This document shows, piece after piece, positions 26,309 to 35,529 of a stretch of DNA of 64,000 nt. The stretch spans positions 3,708-67,707 of the forward strand of contig JAFLBZ010000014.1 of the NCBI GenBank assembly GCA_017303715.1. Direction: 5' to 3'. Numbering within the stretch: position 1 is the first letter of the stretch; each line of letters begins with the position of its first letter. This DNA is from Rhodothermia bacterium. GTDB lineage: Bacteria > Bacteroidota > Rhodothermia > Rhodothermales > UBA2364. The notes beneath the pieces are model-generated. The model worked only from the letters and a program-made list of their open reading frames with translations, searched no databases and had not been told where the DNA came from. A program made the translations under genes and the position numbers.

Positions 26309-26725
26309 GTATCCAGCCGGACCATCGCCCGATAATTGCGGGAGGAAAGTCCGAACACCATAGGGCAACATGCTTCCTAACGGGAAGGCAACTGCTTGTT
26401 AAAGTTCTTTTGCAAGCGGTTGACAGCAAGTGCAACAGAAAATATTCCCGCCGATGGCCTTTCGGGGTACAGGTAAGGGGTGAAATGGTAGGGTAAGAGC
26501 CTACCAGCACATTGGGTGACCATTTGTGGCTGGGCAAACCTCATGTGGTGAAAGACCAAGCAGTGTAAGTTGCCCCTAAAGGGTGACACGGGCGGCCCGT
26601 CCGGAACTCCTTACACGGGTAGGTTGATAGAGGCGGTCAGTGATGGCCGTCCCAGATAAATGATGGTCTCCCCATTTCGAGCGACCATAAGTGGGCAGAC
26701 AGAATTCGGCTTATAGGCTGGACAT
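26309..26725 (+). ncRNA. rnpB: RNase P RNA, bacterial type A
   Basis: Conserved blocks gggaggaaagtccgaacac, gcaacagaaaa, ggtaaggggtgaaatggtagggtaagagcctaccag and agacagaattcggcttataggctgga. The 5' tccagcc pairs with the 3' ggctgga (P1). The ends are good to about +/-5 nt. Confidence 0.9.
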
Positions 26726-26739
26726 CGTGGTCGTATTTC

Positions 26740-26775
26740 CGAGGCATCCAAGTGGGATGCCTCGACTTGTTTTAG
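26740..26775 (+). terminator. rho-independent terminator after rnpB
   Basis: cgaggcatcc / ggatgcctcg is a perfect 10-bp stem with loop aagtg, followed by acttgtttt. Confidence 0.7.
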
Positions 26776-27040
26776 GATTGCTGAAACCGCTTTTTTGCTT
26801 GGTTTAAGTCGTAAAGGCGTGAGAGTTGCCAATAAACAGCGTGTAATATTTAAAGAAATCATAAATCCATTTTTCTCTTATACACGGTGTTTATTGAATT
26901 TAGAAAAAAACTTCGTAAAAGAAGCACATTTGTGGTTTGGTAATACTTGTAATTTATGTTGATCACCACCAAGTTGCGAAAATTATACACCAAACACAGG
27001 CCACAGATTGGTCTTGTGAGACCTTAATTTGCGTTAACCC

Positions 27041-27406
27041 ATGCACTTACCTGAAAGCTATATTCCCATTATTTTGCAATCTATTGTTGCAATTGGATTT
27101 GTCTTAATCAGTTTGCTCATTACGCACATTTTGGGGCCTAAACGGGGCGGTGTTCGAAAAGAAGATGCCTTTGAATGTGGAATTGAAAGCGAGGGCGATG
27201 CCCGTTTCCCCATTTCTATTAAATATTTTATGACGGCTATCCTCTTCGTCCTTTTTGATGTGGAGGTTATTTTCTTTTATCCTTATGCGGTTAATTTTAG
27301 GAGTATGGGGATGGAAGGATTTATGGCCGTGTTACTGTTTGTGTCCGTTTTTCTGATGGGATTTTATTATGTCCTTCGGAAAGGTGCTTTTGAGTGGGAT
27401 AAATAG
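27041..27406 (+). CDS. nuoA: NADH-quinone oxidoreductase subunit A
   Basis: 121 aa with 3 TM segments. FECGIES motif. First gene of the nuo cluster. Confidence 0.9.
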   Translation: MHLPESYIPIILQSIVAIGFVLISLLITHILGPKRGGVRKEDAFECGIESEGDARFPISIKYFMTAILFVLFDVEVIFFYPYAVNFRSMGMEGFMAVLLFVSVFLMGFYYVLRKGAFEWDK

Positions 27407-27429
27407 TTTTTTCCTCAATCATTACCCCC

Positions 27430-27978
27430 ATGATCAAACAAAAACCAACCTTTGTTGAGCGTCCTGAAGGCTATGTGGGCGAAGGTTTTTTTGCCACCAA
27501 CATCGAGAAGGTGATTGGTCTGGCCCGTGCAAACTCGCTCTGGCCATTGCCCTTTGCGACCTCGTGTTGTGGCATTGAGTTTATGGCAACGATGGGTGCA
27601 AACTACGACTTGGCACGCTTTGGAGCGGAACGCCTTAGTTTTTCCCCAAGACAGGCTGATTTGTTGATGGTGATGGGGACGATTGCCAAGAAAATGGCTC
27701 CGGTCTTGCGTCAGGTTTATGAGCAAATGGCTGAACCCAAATGGGTCATTGCTGTTGGTGCTTGTGCCTCTTCTGGCGGGATTTTTGATACCTATTCGGT
27801 ACTTCAAGGCATAGACAAGGTAATTCCGGTGGATGTATATGTGCCCGGATGTCCGCCAAGGCCCGAACAAATCATAGATGGTGTCATGAAAATTCAGGAA
27901 TTGGTCAAGAACGAGTCCTTGCGCCGCCGCCAATCCGAGGAATATCGCCACCTATTGGCCTCTTATAAAATTGATTGA
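27430..27978 (+). CDS. nuoB: NADH-quinone oxidoreductase subunit B
   Basis: [17 protein letters not shown] and VPGCPPRPE (N2 cluster ligands). Confidence 0.95.
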   Translation: MIKQKPTFVERPEGYVGEGFFATNIEKVIGLARANSLWPLPFATSCCGIEFMATMGANYDLARFGAERLSFSPRQADLLMVMGTIAKKMAPVLRQVYEQMAEPKWVIAVGACASSGGIFDTYSVLQGIDKVIPVDVYVPGCPPRPEQIIDGVMKIQELVKNESLRRRQSEEYRHLLASYKID

Positions 27979-28514
27979 TTTCTAACCCAAAAACGATGCC
28001 TTTACCGATGTCTGGACTTACCAACCCAATCGTTTTGGAGCAGATACAACAGCAATTCCCCGATGCCGTACTGAACGTCTCGGAGCCGTTTGGATTGCTG
28101 ACCTTAGAGCTTAAGAAGCAGGACGTTTTGCCTGTGATGGCTTTTTTGCGCAACACACCAGCGTTGGATTTTTGCTTTTTAACGGATCTTTGCGGCGTGC
28201 ATTTTCCCGATCAACACCAACGTGAGTTGGGCGTGGTATATCACCTGCATAGCTTGGTGAACAATGTACGGGTACGGATAAAGACGTTTTTTCCTGAAAA
28301 AGCGCCTAAAATGCCCTCCGCTACCACACTCTTTGCAGCGGCTAATTGGATGGAACGCGAAACGTATGACTTCTATGGCATCGTGTTTGATGGTCATCCA
28401 GACTTACGACGCATCCTGAATGTGGACGAAATGGACTACTTCCCGATGCGAAAAGAATACCGTTTAGAAGATGGAACCCGTACCGATAAAGATGACCGCT
28501 ACTTTGGCCGATAA
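27975..28514 (+). CDS. nuoC: NADH-quinone oxidoreductase subunit C
   Basis: 30-kDa subunit pattern [26 protein letters not shown]. The alternative ATG at 27996 is at least as likely as the TTG at 27975. Confidence 0.9.
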   Translation: MISNPKTMPLPMSGLTNPIVLEQIQQQFPDAVLNVSEPFGLLTLELKKQDVLPVMAFLRNTPALDFCFLTDLCGVHFPDQHQRELGVVYHLHSLVNNVRVRIKTFFPEKAPKMPSATTLFAAANWMERETYDFYGIVFDGHPDLRRILNVDEMDYFPMRKEYRLEDGTRTDKDDRYFGR

Positions 28515-28534
28515 CGTACCCAATCCTTATTATT

Positions 28535-29746
28535 ATGTCTTTGGCACAGCCTAATTATTTCTCGGCACAAGACACCATAGATGGTGAATTGGCCACCCTA
28601 AACTTAGGCCCTACACACCCCGCTACACATGGTGTTTTTCAGAATGTTCTCAAGGTGGACGGCGAACGGATTTTTAGTGCCGAGCCAACCATTGGGTATA
28701 TCCACCGTGCTTTCGAGAAAATCGCAGAACGGCGTCCGTATTACCAAATCACTCCTCTGACTGATCGGTTGAACTATTGTTCATCGCCGATCAATAATAT
28801 GGGTTGGTGGATGACAGTAGAGAAATTGATAGGGGTAGAACTGCCCAAGCGTGTGGACTATATGCGGGTGATTGTGATGGAATTGGCTCGTATTGCCGAC
28901 CATTTGATCTGCAACTCGGTGGTAGGGGTGGATACGGGGGCACTGACGGGTTTTACTTATATGTTCCAAGAGCGGGAGCGGATTTATGAGATGTATGAAC
29001 AGGTTTGTGGCTCGCGTCTCACCACCAATATCGGAAGAATTGGAGGTTTTGAACGGGACTTCGACAAGGTTTTTTACTACAAATTGCGTTCGTTTCTTAA
29101 AGAATTTCCGACTCGGTTTGATGAGTTTTGTCGGTTGTTGGAGCGGAACCGCATCTTTATGGATAGAACGATCAATGTAGGTGGAATTTCGGCGGAGCGT
29201 GCTTTGAGCTATGGCTTTTCGGGCCCTAATCTTCGGGCGGCCGGGGTGGATTATGATGTACGGGTTATGAATCCGTACTCCTCTTATGAAGATTTTGATT
29301 TCATTATTCCGATTGGCGACAACGGTGATACCTATGATCGGTTTATGGTGCGCCAAGAAGAAATCCGCCAAAGCCTGAACATCATCGAGCAAGCGCTTGA
29401 GAACCTCCCAGAAGGGCCGTTTCATGCCGATGTTCCCGACTTTTATCTGCCGCCGAAAAATGAGGTGTATCACAACATGGAGGCATTGATCTACCACTTC
29501 AAAATTGTAATGGGCGAGACCCCTGTTCCCGTTGGCGAGGTTTATCATGCCGTTGAGGGGGCAAATGGTGAATTGGGTTTTTACTTGATCAGCGACGGCG
29601 GGCGGGCACCTTATCGGTTACACTTTAGACGGCCTTGTTTTATCTATTACCAAGCCTTTCCGGAAATGGTACAAGGGGCTATGATCTCGGATGCAATTCT
29701 CACCATGTCTTCGCTTAATGTGATTGCCGGAGAATTAGATGCTTAA
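28535..29746 (+). CDS. nuoD: NADH-quinone oxidoreductase subunit D
   Basis: 49-kDa subunit. LNLGPTHPATHGV, and the C-terminal end is IAGELDA. Confidence 0.95.
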   Translation: MSLAQPNYFSAQDTIDGELATLNLGPTHPATHGVFQNVLKVDGERIFSAEPTIGYIHRAFEKIAERRPYYQITPLTDRLNYCSSPINNMGWWMTVEKLIGVELPKRVDYMRVIVMELARIADHLICNSVVGVDTGALTGFTYMFQERERIYEMYEQVCGSRLTTNIGRIGGFERDFDKVFYYKLRSFLKEFPTRFDEFCRLLERNRIFMDRTINVGGISAERALSYGFSGPNLRAAGVDYDVRVMNPYSSYEDFDFIIPIGDNGDTYDRFMVRQEEIRQSLNIIEQALENLPEGPFHADVPDFYLPPKNEVYHNMEALIYHFKIVMGETPVPVGEVYHAVEGANGELGFYLISDGGRAPYRLHFRRPCFIYYQAFPEMVQGAMISDAILTMSSLNVIAGELDA

Positions 29747-30296
29747 TATAAATCCAATAGAAATAATGGTCTATAAACCAATCTGTTTTTCGGAAGAACG
29801 CCTCGAACAGGTTCGGAAGATCGTGGCACAATTCCCAGAAGGCCGTCAAAAAAGCGCCTTGATCCGTGTATTGCACATGGCGCAAGAAGACTTTGGGGGG
29901 CACTTATCGGTAGAGGTGATGGACTATGTGGCCGAGCTCCTTTCTATTACGCCGATCGAGGTGTACGAGGTGGCGACGTTTTACACGATGTTCAACCTGA
30001 AGCCCGTAGGGAAGTACATGCTGGAGGTTTGTCATACGGGGCCGTGTATGCTACGTGGGGCAGATAAGACCTTGGCCTATCTCCAGAAAAAACTGAATGT
30101 TGTTGTAAATGAAACCACCGAAGATGGCTTCTTTACGCTAAAAACTGCCGAGTGCTTAGGTGCTTGTGGGTATGCACCGATGATGCAATGCGGTGAGCAT
30201 TATTATGAAAACCTGACCGAAGAAAAAATTGATGCATTGATCGAGGCTTGGCGACACAATCCAATGCCACCTAAGGCCTGGGAGAAGGTAGATTAG
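29739..30296 (+). CDS. nuoE: NADH-quinone oxidoreductase subunit E
   Basis: 24-kDa 2Fe-2S subunit. CHTGPCMLRG and ECLGACGYAPMM. Confidence 0.9.
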   Translation: MLNINPIEIMVYKPICFSEERLEQVRKIVAQFPEGRQKSALIRVLHMAQEDFGGHLSVEVMDYVAELLSITPIEVYEVATFYTMFNLKPVGKYMLEVCHTGPCMLRGADKTLAYLQKKLNVVVNETTEDGFFTLKTAECLGACGYAPMMQCGEHYYENLTEEKIDALIEAWRHNPMPPKAWEKVD

Positions 30297-30304
30297 GCAA
30301 AAAT

Positions 30305-30610
30305 ATGCGAGACTTTTCCCAAATAGTACCCAAATTGTCCAAGGCCATGTATCCTTTATTTTCTCCTGTTTTGGAGCAAAAAAAGTGGGTAGATGCACAA
30401 AGACCTTTGGACAAAGATGTAGAGGGAAAAGTCCTACAGAAATTGCGATTAGAATGGAATGATAACTCCAATGCCATTCTAACGATGGGTTATCAAGATG
30501 CCGAAACGCCAGAAAAGGTAAAAACTTTAAAACGTATCGTAGGAAAGTATTTATTGGATTACATAACACAGCAGACCACACCAGACCAATATACAGAAAA
30601 TGGCCCGTAA
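30305..30610 (+). CDS. small hypothetical ORF inserted between nuoE and nuoF (possible Fic-family N-terminal fragment)
   Basis: 101 aa, visibly more AT-rich than the flanking nuo genes, overlapping the nuoF start by 11 nt. LRLEWNDNSNAI...ET resembles the pre-Fic-core segment (..SNAIEGN.LT..ET), but no HxFx(D/E)GNGR core is present. Confidence 0.35.
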   Translation: MRDFSQIVPKLSKAMYPLFSPVLEQKKWVDAQRPLDKDVEGKVLQKLRLEWNDNSNAILTMGYQDAETPEKVKTLKRIVGKYLLDYITQQTTPDQYTENGP

Positions 30611-31955
30611 AATCCTGTTAGAACATGCCCATGTGGCCGGTATTGAAGGTTACGACGTTTATCGGAAGATGGGCGGTTATCGCTCGGTCGAGAAGGCGTT
30701 AAAAACCATGACCCCCGAAGAGGTGGTGGACGAAGTGAAGCGCTCCGGTTTGCGGGGACGTGGTGGCGCGGGCTTTCCCACTGGCATGAAGTGGAGTTTC
30801 CTCGCAAAACCCGAAGGCATACCGCGCTACCTGCTTTGCAATGCGGACGAGTCGGAGCCGGGGACGTTTAAAGACCGATATTTAATGGAGAAAATCCCAC
30901 ATTTATTGGTAGAGGGGATGGTTACCTCTAGTTTTGCGCTGGGAGTTCATACGGCTTATATCTACATTCGGGGTGAATATAAGTGGATCGTCAAGATTTT
31001 GGAGAAAGCCATAGCCGAGGCATATGCACATGGTTGGTTAGGTGAAAATATCTTAGGGACGGGGTATTCCTTAGACTTGTACGTTTCTCCGGGAGGTGGA
31101 GCTTACATTTGTGGCGAAGAAACGGCCTTGATCGAGTCTTTAGAAGGTAAGCGTGGGAACCCGCGCATTAAGCCGCCATTTCCGGCAGTGAAGGGACTTT
31201 GGCAAAGCCCGACTGTCGTGAACAACGTGGAAACCTTGGCGACGGTTCCGGCGATTGTGAATGAGGGTGGGGAGGCATATGCCGAGATTGGTGTTGGGCG
31301 GAGTACTGGAACCAAGTTGATCTCGGCCTGTGGAAATCTGAACAAACCCGGTGTGTATGAAATTGAAATGGGCGTGCCGGTAGAGGAATTTATTTTCTCG
31401 GATGAATATTGTGGCGGGATTCCTGATGGGAAGCGTTTTAAGGCGTGTGTGCCGGGAGGCTCTTCGGTTCCAATCCTACCTGCAGACCTGATGCTCAAGA
31501 CGGCAAAAGGAGAAGACCGCGTGATGACCTATGAATCGCTCTCCGATGGTGGATTTGTTTCTGGTACGATGCTTGGTTCGGGTGGATTTATTGTCTTCGA
31601 CGAAGACCAGTGCATCGTGCGGAATACCTATACCTATGCGCGGTTTTATCACCACGAGTCTTGCGGCCAATGTTCGCCATGCCGCGAGGGAACGGGCTGG
31701 ATGGAAAAGGTACTACACCGTCTTGAATATGGGCATGGCCGCGAACACGATTTAGACTTATTGGTGGACATCTCGAAAAAAATCGAAGGCAACACCATTT
31801 GTCCGTTGGGCGATGCGGCTGCATGGCCTGTTGCTGCCGCCATTCGTCACTTCCGCGAGGAGTTCGAGTGGCACGTCCGATATCCACAAGAGGCCCTCGT
31901 CCGTAACTATGGTCTGGGGCGTTTAGAACATTATTATGGTGCAGTGGGTGTTTAA
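30600..31955 (+). CDS. nuoF: NADH-quinone oxidoreductase subunit F
   Basis: GLRGRGGAGFPTGMKW (FMN/NADH site) and ESCGQCSPCREG (N3 cluster). Confidence 0.95.
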   Translation: MARKILLEHAHVAGIEGYDVYRKMGGYRSVEKALKTMTPEEVVDEVKRSGLRGRGGAGFPTGMKWSFLAKPEGIPRYLLCNADESEPGTFKDRYLMEKIPHLLVEGMVTSSFALGVHTAYIYIRGEYKWIVKILEKAIAEAYAHGWLGENILGTGYSLDLYVSPGGGAYICGEETALIESLEGKRGNPRIKPPFPAVKGLWQSPTVVNNVETLATVPAIVNEGGEAYAEIGVGRSTGTKLISACGNLNKPGVYEIEMGVPVEEFIFSDEYCGGIPDGKRFKACVPGGSSVPILPADLMLKTAKGEDRVMTYESLSDGGFVSGTMLGSGGFIVFDEDQCIVRNTYTYARFYHHESCGQCSPCREGTGWMEKVLHRLEYGHGREHDLDLLVDISKKIEGNTICPLGDAAAWPVAAAIRHFREEFEWHVRYPQEALVRNYGLGRLEHYYGAVGV

Positions 31956-31998
31956 TTTACCCTGTGCCACAAAAAACAACCTGTAAACCACACAAATT

Positions 31999-32949
31999 AT
32001 GCTCAAAGTCACGATAGACGGCATTGAGACACAGGTAAAGTCGGGTACAACCATTTTGCAGGCTGCCCGACAAATTGCCACCGAACATCCAGAACACAGC
32101 CATGTTGTGCCGCCGGCGATGTGTTATTATACCCCATTAGAGGGAAGCGGTGGAAAGTGCCGGACGTGTATTGTGCGGGTAAGCCAAGGCTCCGAAAAAG
32201 ACCCGCGCCCTATGCCAAAGCCGGTTGCCTCTTGTCAGACACAAGTGATGGATGGCATGGTGGTCGAAAATACCACCAATCCAGACCTCTTGGCGGCGCG
32301 GAAAAGCGTAGTGGAGTTATTGCTGATTAACCATCCATTGGATTGTCCGGTTTGTGACCAAGCGGGCGAGTGCCATTTGCAGGATTTGGCCTTTGAACAT
32401 GGCGCAGCAGAAACCCGATACGAGGAAGAACGCCGTACCTTCGAGCGTATAGACATCGGGTCGCACATTCAACTACATATGACGCGCTGCATTTTGTGCT
32501 ACCGCTGTGTTTATACGGCCAATCAACTAACCGACGAGCGGGTACATGGCGTCTTGTTCCGAGGGGATCGCGCCGAAATAGGGACGTACATCGAGCAGGC
32601 CATAGACAACGATTTCTCCGGCAATGTGATTGATGTTTGTCCTGTGGGCGCCCTTACCGACAAAACATTCCGCTTCCGAAGCCGCGTTTGGTTTACACGG
32701 CCTTTTGATGCGCACCGAGCATGTGATAAATGTTGTGGAAAAGCGGTACTTTGGATGGCGGGAGACGAGGTTTTGCGTGTGACGGCACGGAAAGATGCCT
32801 TTGACGAGGTGGAGGAATTTATCTGCAACGAATGTCGGTTTGATCATAAAGTGAAAGATGACTGGACTGTCGAGGGGCCACGTACCATCAACCGCCATTC
32901 GGTGATTTCCGCCAATAAGTATAAAGCCAAAGACAAAACGGTGGTCTGA
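31999..32949 (+). CDS. nuoG: NADH-quinone oxidoreductase subunit G, short form (Fe-S N-terminal module only)
   Basis: 316 aa. 2Fe-2S CYY...GKCRTCIV, HPLDCPVCDQAGECHLQD, CILCYRCV and CPVGAL. There is no molybdopterin-like C-terminal domain. Confidence 0.85.
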   Translation: MLKVTIDGIETQVKSGTTILQAARQIATEHPEHSHVVPPAMCYYTPLEGSGGKCRTCIVRVSQGSEKDPRPMPKPVASCQTQVMDGMVVENTTNPDLLAARKSVVELLLINHPLDCPVCDQAGECHLQDLAFEHGAAETRYEEERRTFERIDIGSHIQLHMTRCILCYRCVYTANQLTDERVHGVLFRGDRAEIGTYIEQAIDNDFSGNVIDVCPVGALTDKTFRFRSRVWFTRPFDAHRACDKCCGKAVLWMAGDEVLRVTARKDAFDEVEEFICNECRFDHKVKDDWTVEGPRTINRHSVISANKYKAKDKTVV

Positions 32950-32971
32950 TCCACCAAAATCAAGACAACCC

Positions 32972-33970
32972 ATGCCACTCTATTTAATCATCGAAAAAAG
33001 TGCGCTTGTGCTTTTCCTGTTCGCCGTGACCATGGGCGTAGCGGCCTATTCCACTTGGGCAGAGCGTAAGATTGCCGCCTTTTTACAGGATCGCTTGGGG
33101 CCAAACCGTGCTGGCGTTTTTGGCTTGTTACAACCCCTTGCAGATGGTGTTAAGATGTTTATGAAGGAGGAATTTATCCCTTCCAATGCCGAAAAGTTGT
33201 TGTTCATTGCCGGGCCGGGCTTGTTTATGTTTACGGCACTTATGACTGGAGCTGTGATCCCTTGGGGGCCAAATTTGCAAATTGCCGACTTGAATATCGG
33301 GATTTTGTATGTTTTGGGTTTTGTCTCTGTAGGGGTTTATGGCATCATGATTGGGGGATGGGCCTCCAACAACAAGTACTCCTTATTCGGTGCTATTCGG
33401 GCTTCTTCCCAAATGATTAGCTACGAATTGGCGATGGGCTTGGTGGTGATTGCGATTATCATGCTTACCGGATCGTTAGACCTGAAAGCCATTGCCGAGC
33501 AACAAAAGGGCTTTAATTGGAACATCATTTACCAGCCATTTGGGTTTCTTATTTATTGCATTACGGCCTTGGCGGAGTGTAACCGTGCGCCTTTTGACCT
33601 CCCAGAGTGCGAAACCGAGTTGGTGGGTGGGTTCCACACTGAGTATAGCTCCATGAAGTTGGGCTTTTACCTTTTTGCCGAGTACATCAATATGTTTATT
33701 TCGGCGGCGGTGATCTCTACGCTCTATTTGGGGGGCTACAACATGCCGGGTTTAGATTATAGCACGATGAACCCGATTATGGGCAATGCCATAGCTTTTT
33801 TGGTACTGTTCACCAAAACCTTACTTGGTGTTTTTGTCTTTATTTGGGTTCGTTGGACGATTCCTCGGTTCCGCTACGACCAATTGATGCACTTGGGTTG
33901 GAAGATTTTAATCCCCCTTGCCATCTTCAATATGTTGCTCACCGGAGCAGGCGTATTGATCTTTGGGTAA
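32972..33970 (+). CDS. nuoH: NADH-quinone oxidoreductase subunit H
   Basis: WAERKIAAFLQDRLGPNR, plus APFDLPECETELVGGFHTEYS. Confidence 0.95.
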   Translation: MPLYLIIEKSALVLFLFAVTMGVAAYSTWAERKIAAFLQDRLGPNRAGVFGLLQPLADGVKMFMKEEFIPSNAEKLLFIAGPGLFMFTALMTGAVIPWGPNLQIADLNIGILYVLGFVSVGVYGIMIGGWASNNKYSLFGAIRASSQMISYELAMGLVVIAIIMLTGSLDLKAIAEQQKGFNWNIIYQPFGFLIYCITALAECNRAPFDLPECETELVGGFHTEYSSMKLGFYLFAEYINMFISAAVISTLYLGGYNMPGLDYSTMNPIMGNAIAFLVLFTKTLLGVFVFIWVRWTIPRFRYDQLMHLGWKILIPLAIFNMLLTGAGVLIFG

Positions 33971-34033
33971 GCCATCATCATGCGCAACAACCGTATTTCT
34001 GGTGTTTTTAAATAGGAATAACCTTCAAACGGT

Positions 34034-34597
34034 ATGCAAAAACTAACCAATCGGTCTAAAAAAGTCTCGAACAAAGAAATGTCCTTGTTAGAGAAAGCAT
34101 ATGTTCCGGCCATTGTGGGTGGAATGGGCATAACGCTCAAGCACTTTTTCAAAAAGAAGAGCACCGTTTCTTATCCGGAGCAAGAGCGGACGTTTAGCCC
34201 GGTTTATCGTGGCCGTCATGTATTAAAGCGCGACGAGAATGGCGCCGAACGCTGTACCGCTTGTGGATTATGTGCGGTTGCTTGTCCGGCGGAGGCTATC
34301 ACGATGACCGCTGCCGAGCGCAAGAAAGGCGAAGAAAACCTGTATCGGGAAGAGAAATATGCAGCCGTTTACGAGATTAATATGTTGCGTTGCATCTTTT
34401 GTGGCCTCTGTGAAGAAGCCTGTCCCAAAGAAGCGATTTTCCTCACCCCAAATATTACCCCCGCTTATTACGACCGTCAAGACTTTGTTTATGGCAAAGA
34501 TATGTTGGTAGAAGGTCTCGCAACCGAAGACCGCGTGGATGTAAGCAAGCGTCAATCGTGGCGGGATAACCTCGAAAGCACGGAAAAACACCCTTAA
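34034..34597 (+). CDS. nuoI: NADH-quinone oxidoreductase subunit I
   Basis: Two 4Fe-4S motifs, CTACGLCAVACP and CIFCGLCEEACP. Confidence 0.9.
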   Translation: MQKLTNRSKKVSNKEMSLLEKAYVPAIVGGMGITLKHFFKKKSTVSYPEQERTFSPVYRGRHVLKRDENGAERCTACGLCAVACPAEAITMTAAERKKGEENLYREEKYAAVYEINMLRCIFCGLCEEACPKEAIFLTPNITPAYYDRQDFVYGKDMLVEGLATEDRVDVSKRQSWRDNLESTEKHP

Positions 34598-34601
34598 TCT
34601 G

Positions 34602-35126
34602 ATGGAACTCATCTTCTTTTTTGTAATGGCGGTTTTATCGGTGCTGACTGCATTGGCCGTCGTGTTCTCCAAAAGCCCCGTTCATAGTGTGCTAAGCCTG
34701 ATTGCCACGTTCTTTCTGCTTTCGGGGCAGTATGTGTTGCTGAATGCACAATTTGTTGCCATTGTAAACCTGATTGTATATGCTGGGGCTATTATGGTCT
34801 TGTTTTTGTTTGTTTTAATGCTGCTTAACCTAAAAGACGAAGCCGAGCCGCAAAAGTCTAATCTGGTACGGATTTCGGTTACACTCTCGGCAGGAATGTT
34901 GCTTCTTACGCTTGTGGGTTCATTGCGAGGCGCAATTCAACTGCCTCCATCTCTGGCAAGTTCGGCAACGGTTGGCTTGGTCGAGAACTTGGGTAAAATT
35001 CTGTTCACAGATTTTGTGGTTCCTTTCGAGATTGCCTCCATCCTCTTTATTGCAGCCATGGTGGGCGCAGTTTTGATTGGTAAACGCAATAAAGCCCAAG
35101 ACACAGAACCGCTAACCACTTTTTGA
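34602..35126 (+). CDS. nuoJ: NADH-quinone oxidoreductase subunit J
   Basis: 174 aa, 5 TM, positioned between nuoI and nuoK. VYAGAIMVLFLFV motif. Confidence 0.85.
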   Translation: MELIFFFVMAVLSVLTALAVVFSKSPVHSVLSLIATFFLLSGQYVLLNAQFVAIVNLIVYAGAIMVLFLFVLMLLNLKDEAEPQKSNLVRISVTLSAGMLLLTLVGSLRGAIQLPPSLASSATVGLVENLGKILFTDFVVPFEIASILFIAAMVGAVLIGKRNKAQDTEPLTTF

Positions 35127-35168
35127 ACATAGATCACCTGCGGTATGTATCCGCCAACCGATGCAAGT

Positions 35169-35489
35169 ATGTTACAAAGTATCAATTCCATCCCTATCGA
35201 GTACTACCTTATTCTGAGCAGTGTTCTGTTCTCAATTGGTGTTCTGGGGGTGATGATCCGCCGAAATGCCATTGTGGTGCTGATGTGTATTGAGCTTATG
35301 CTGAATGCCATAAACCTCTTGTTGGTGGCTTTTTCCACCTATTTGGGCGATGGCCATGGGCAAGTTTTTGTGTTCTTTATCATGGTTGTGGCTGCTGCCG
35401 AAGCCACTATCGGGCTTTCCATTTTGGTGCTCATTTATAGAAACACCAAAGGCGTGGACATTCATCAGTTGGATCATTTAAAACACTAA
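35169..35489 (+). CDS. nuoK: NADH-quinone oxidoreductase subunit K
   Basis: The ORF starts at 35145. The ATG at 35169 (MLQSINSIPIEYY) gives the usual length of about 106 aa. Contains CIELMLNAINL and AAAEATIGL. Confidence 0.9.
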   Translation: MLQSINSIPIEYYLILSSVLFSIGVLGVMIRRNAIVVLMCIELMLNAINLLLVAFSTYLGDGHGQVFVFFIMVVAAAEATIGLSILVLIYRNTKGVDIHQLDHLKH

Positions 35490-35529
35490 GGTATCGGTAA
35501 AATTCCCGCCTTCCATACAAAATTGGTTT

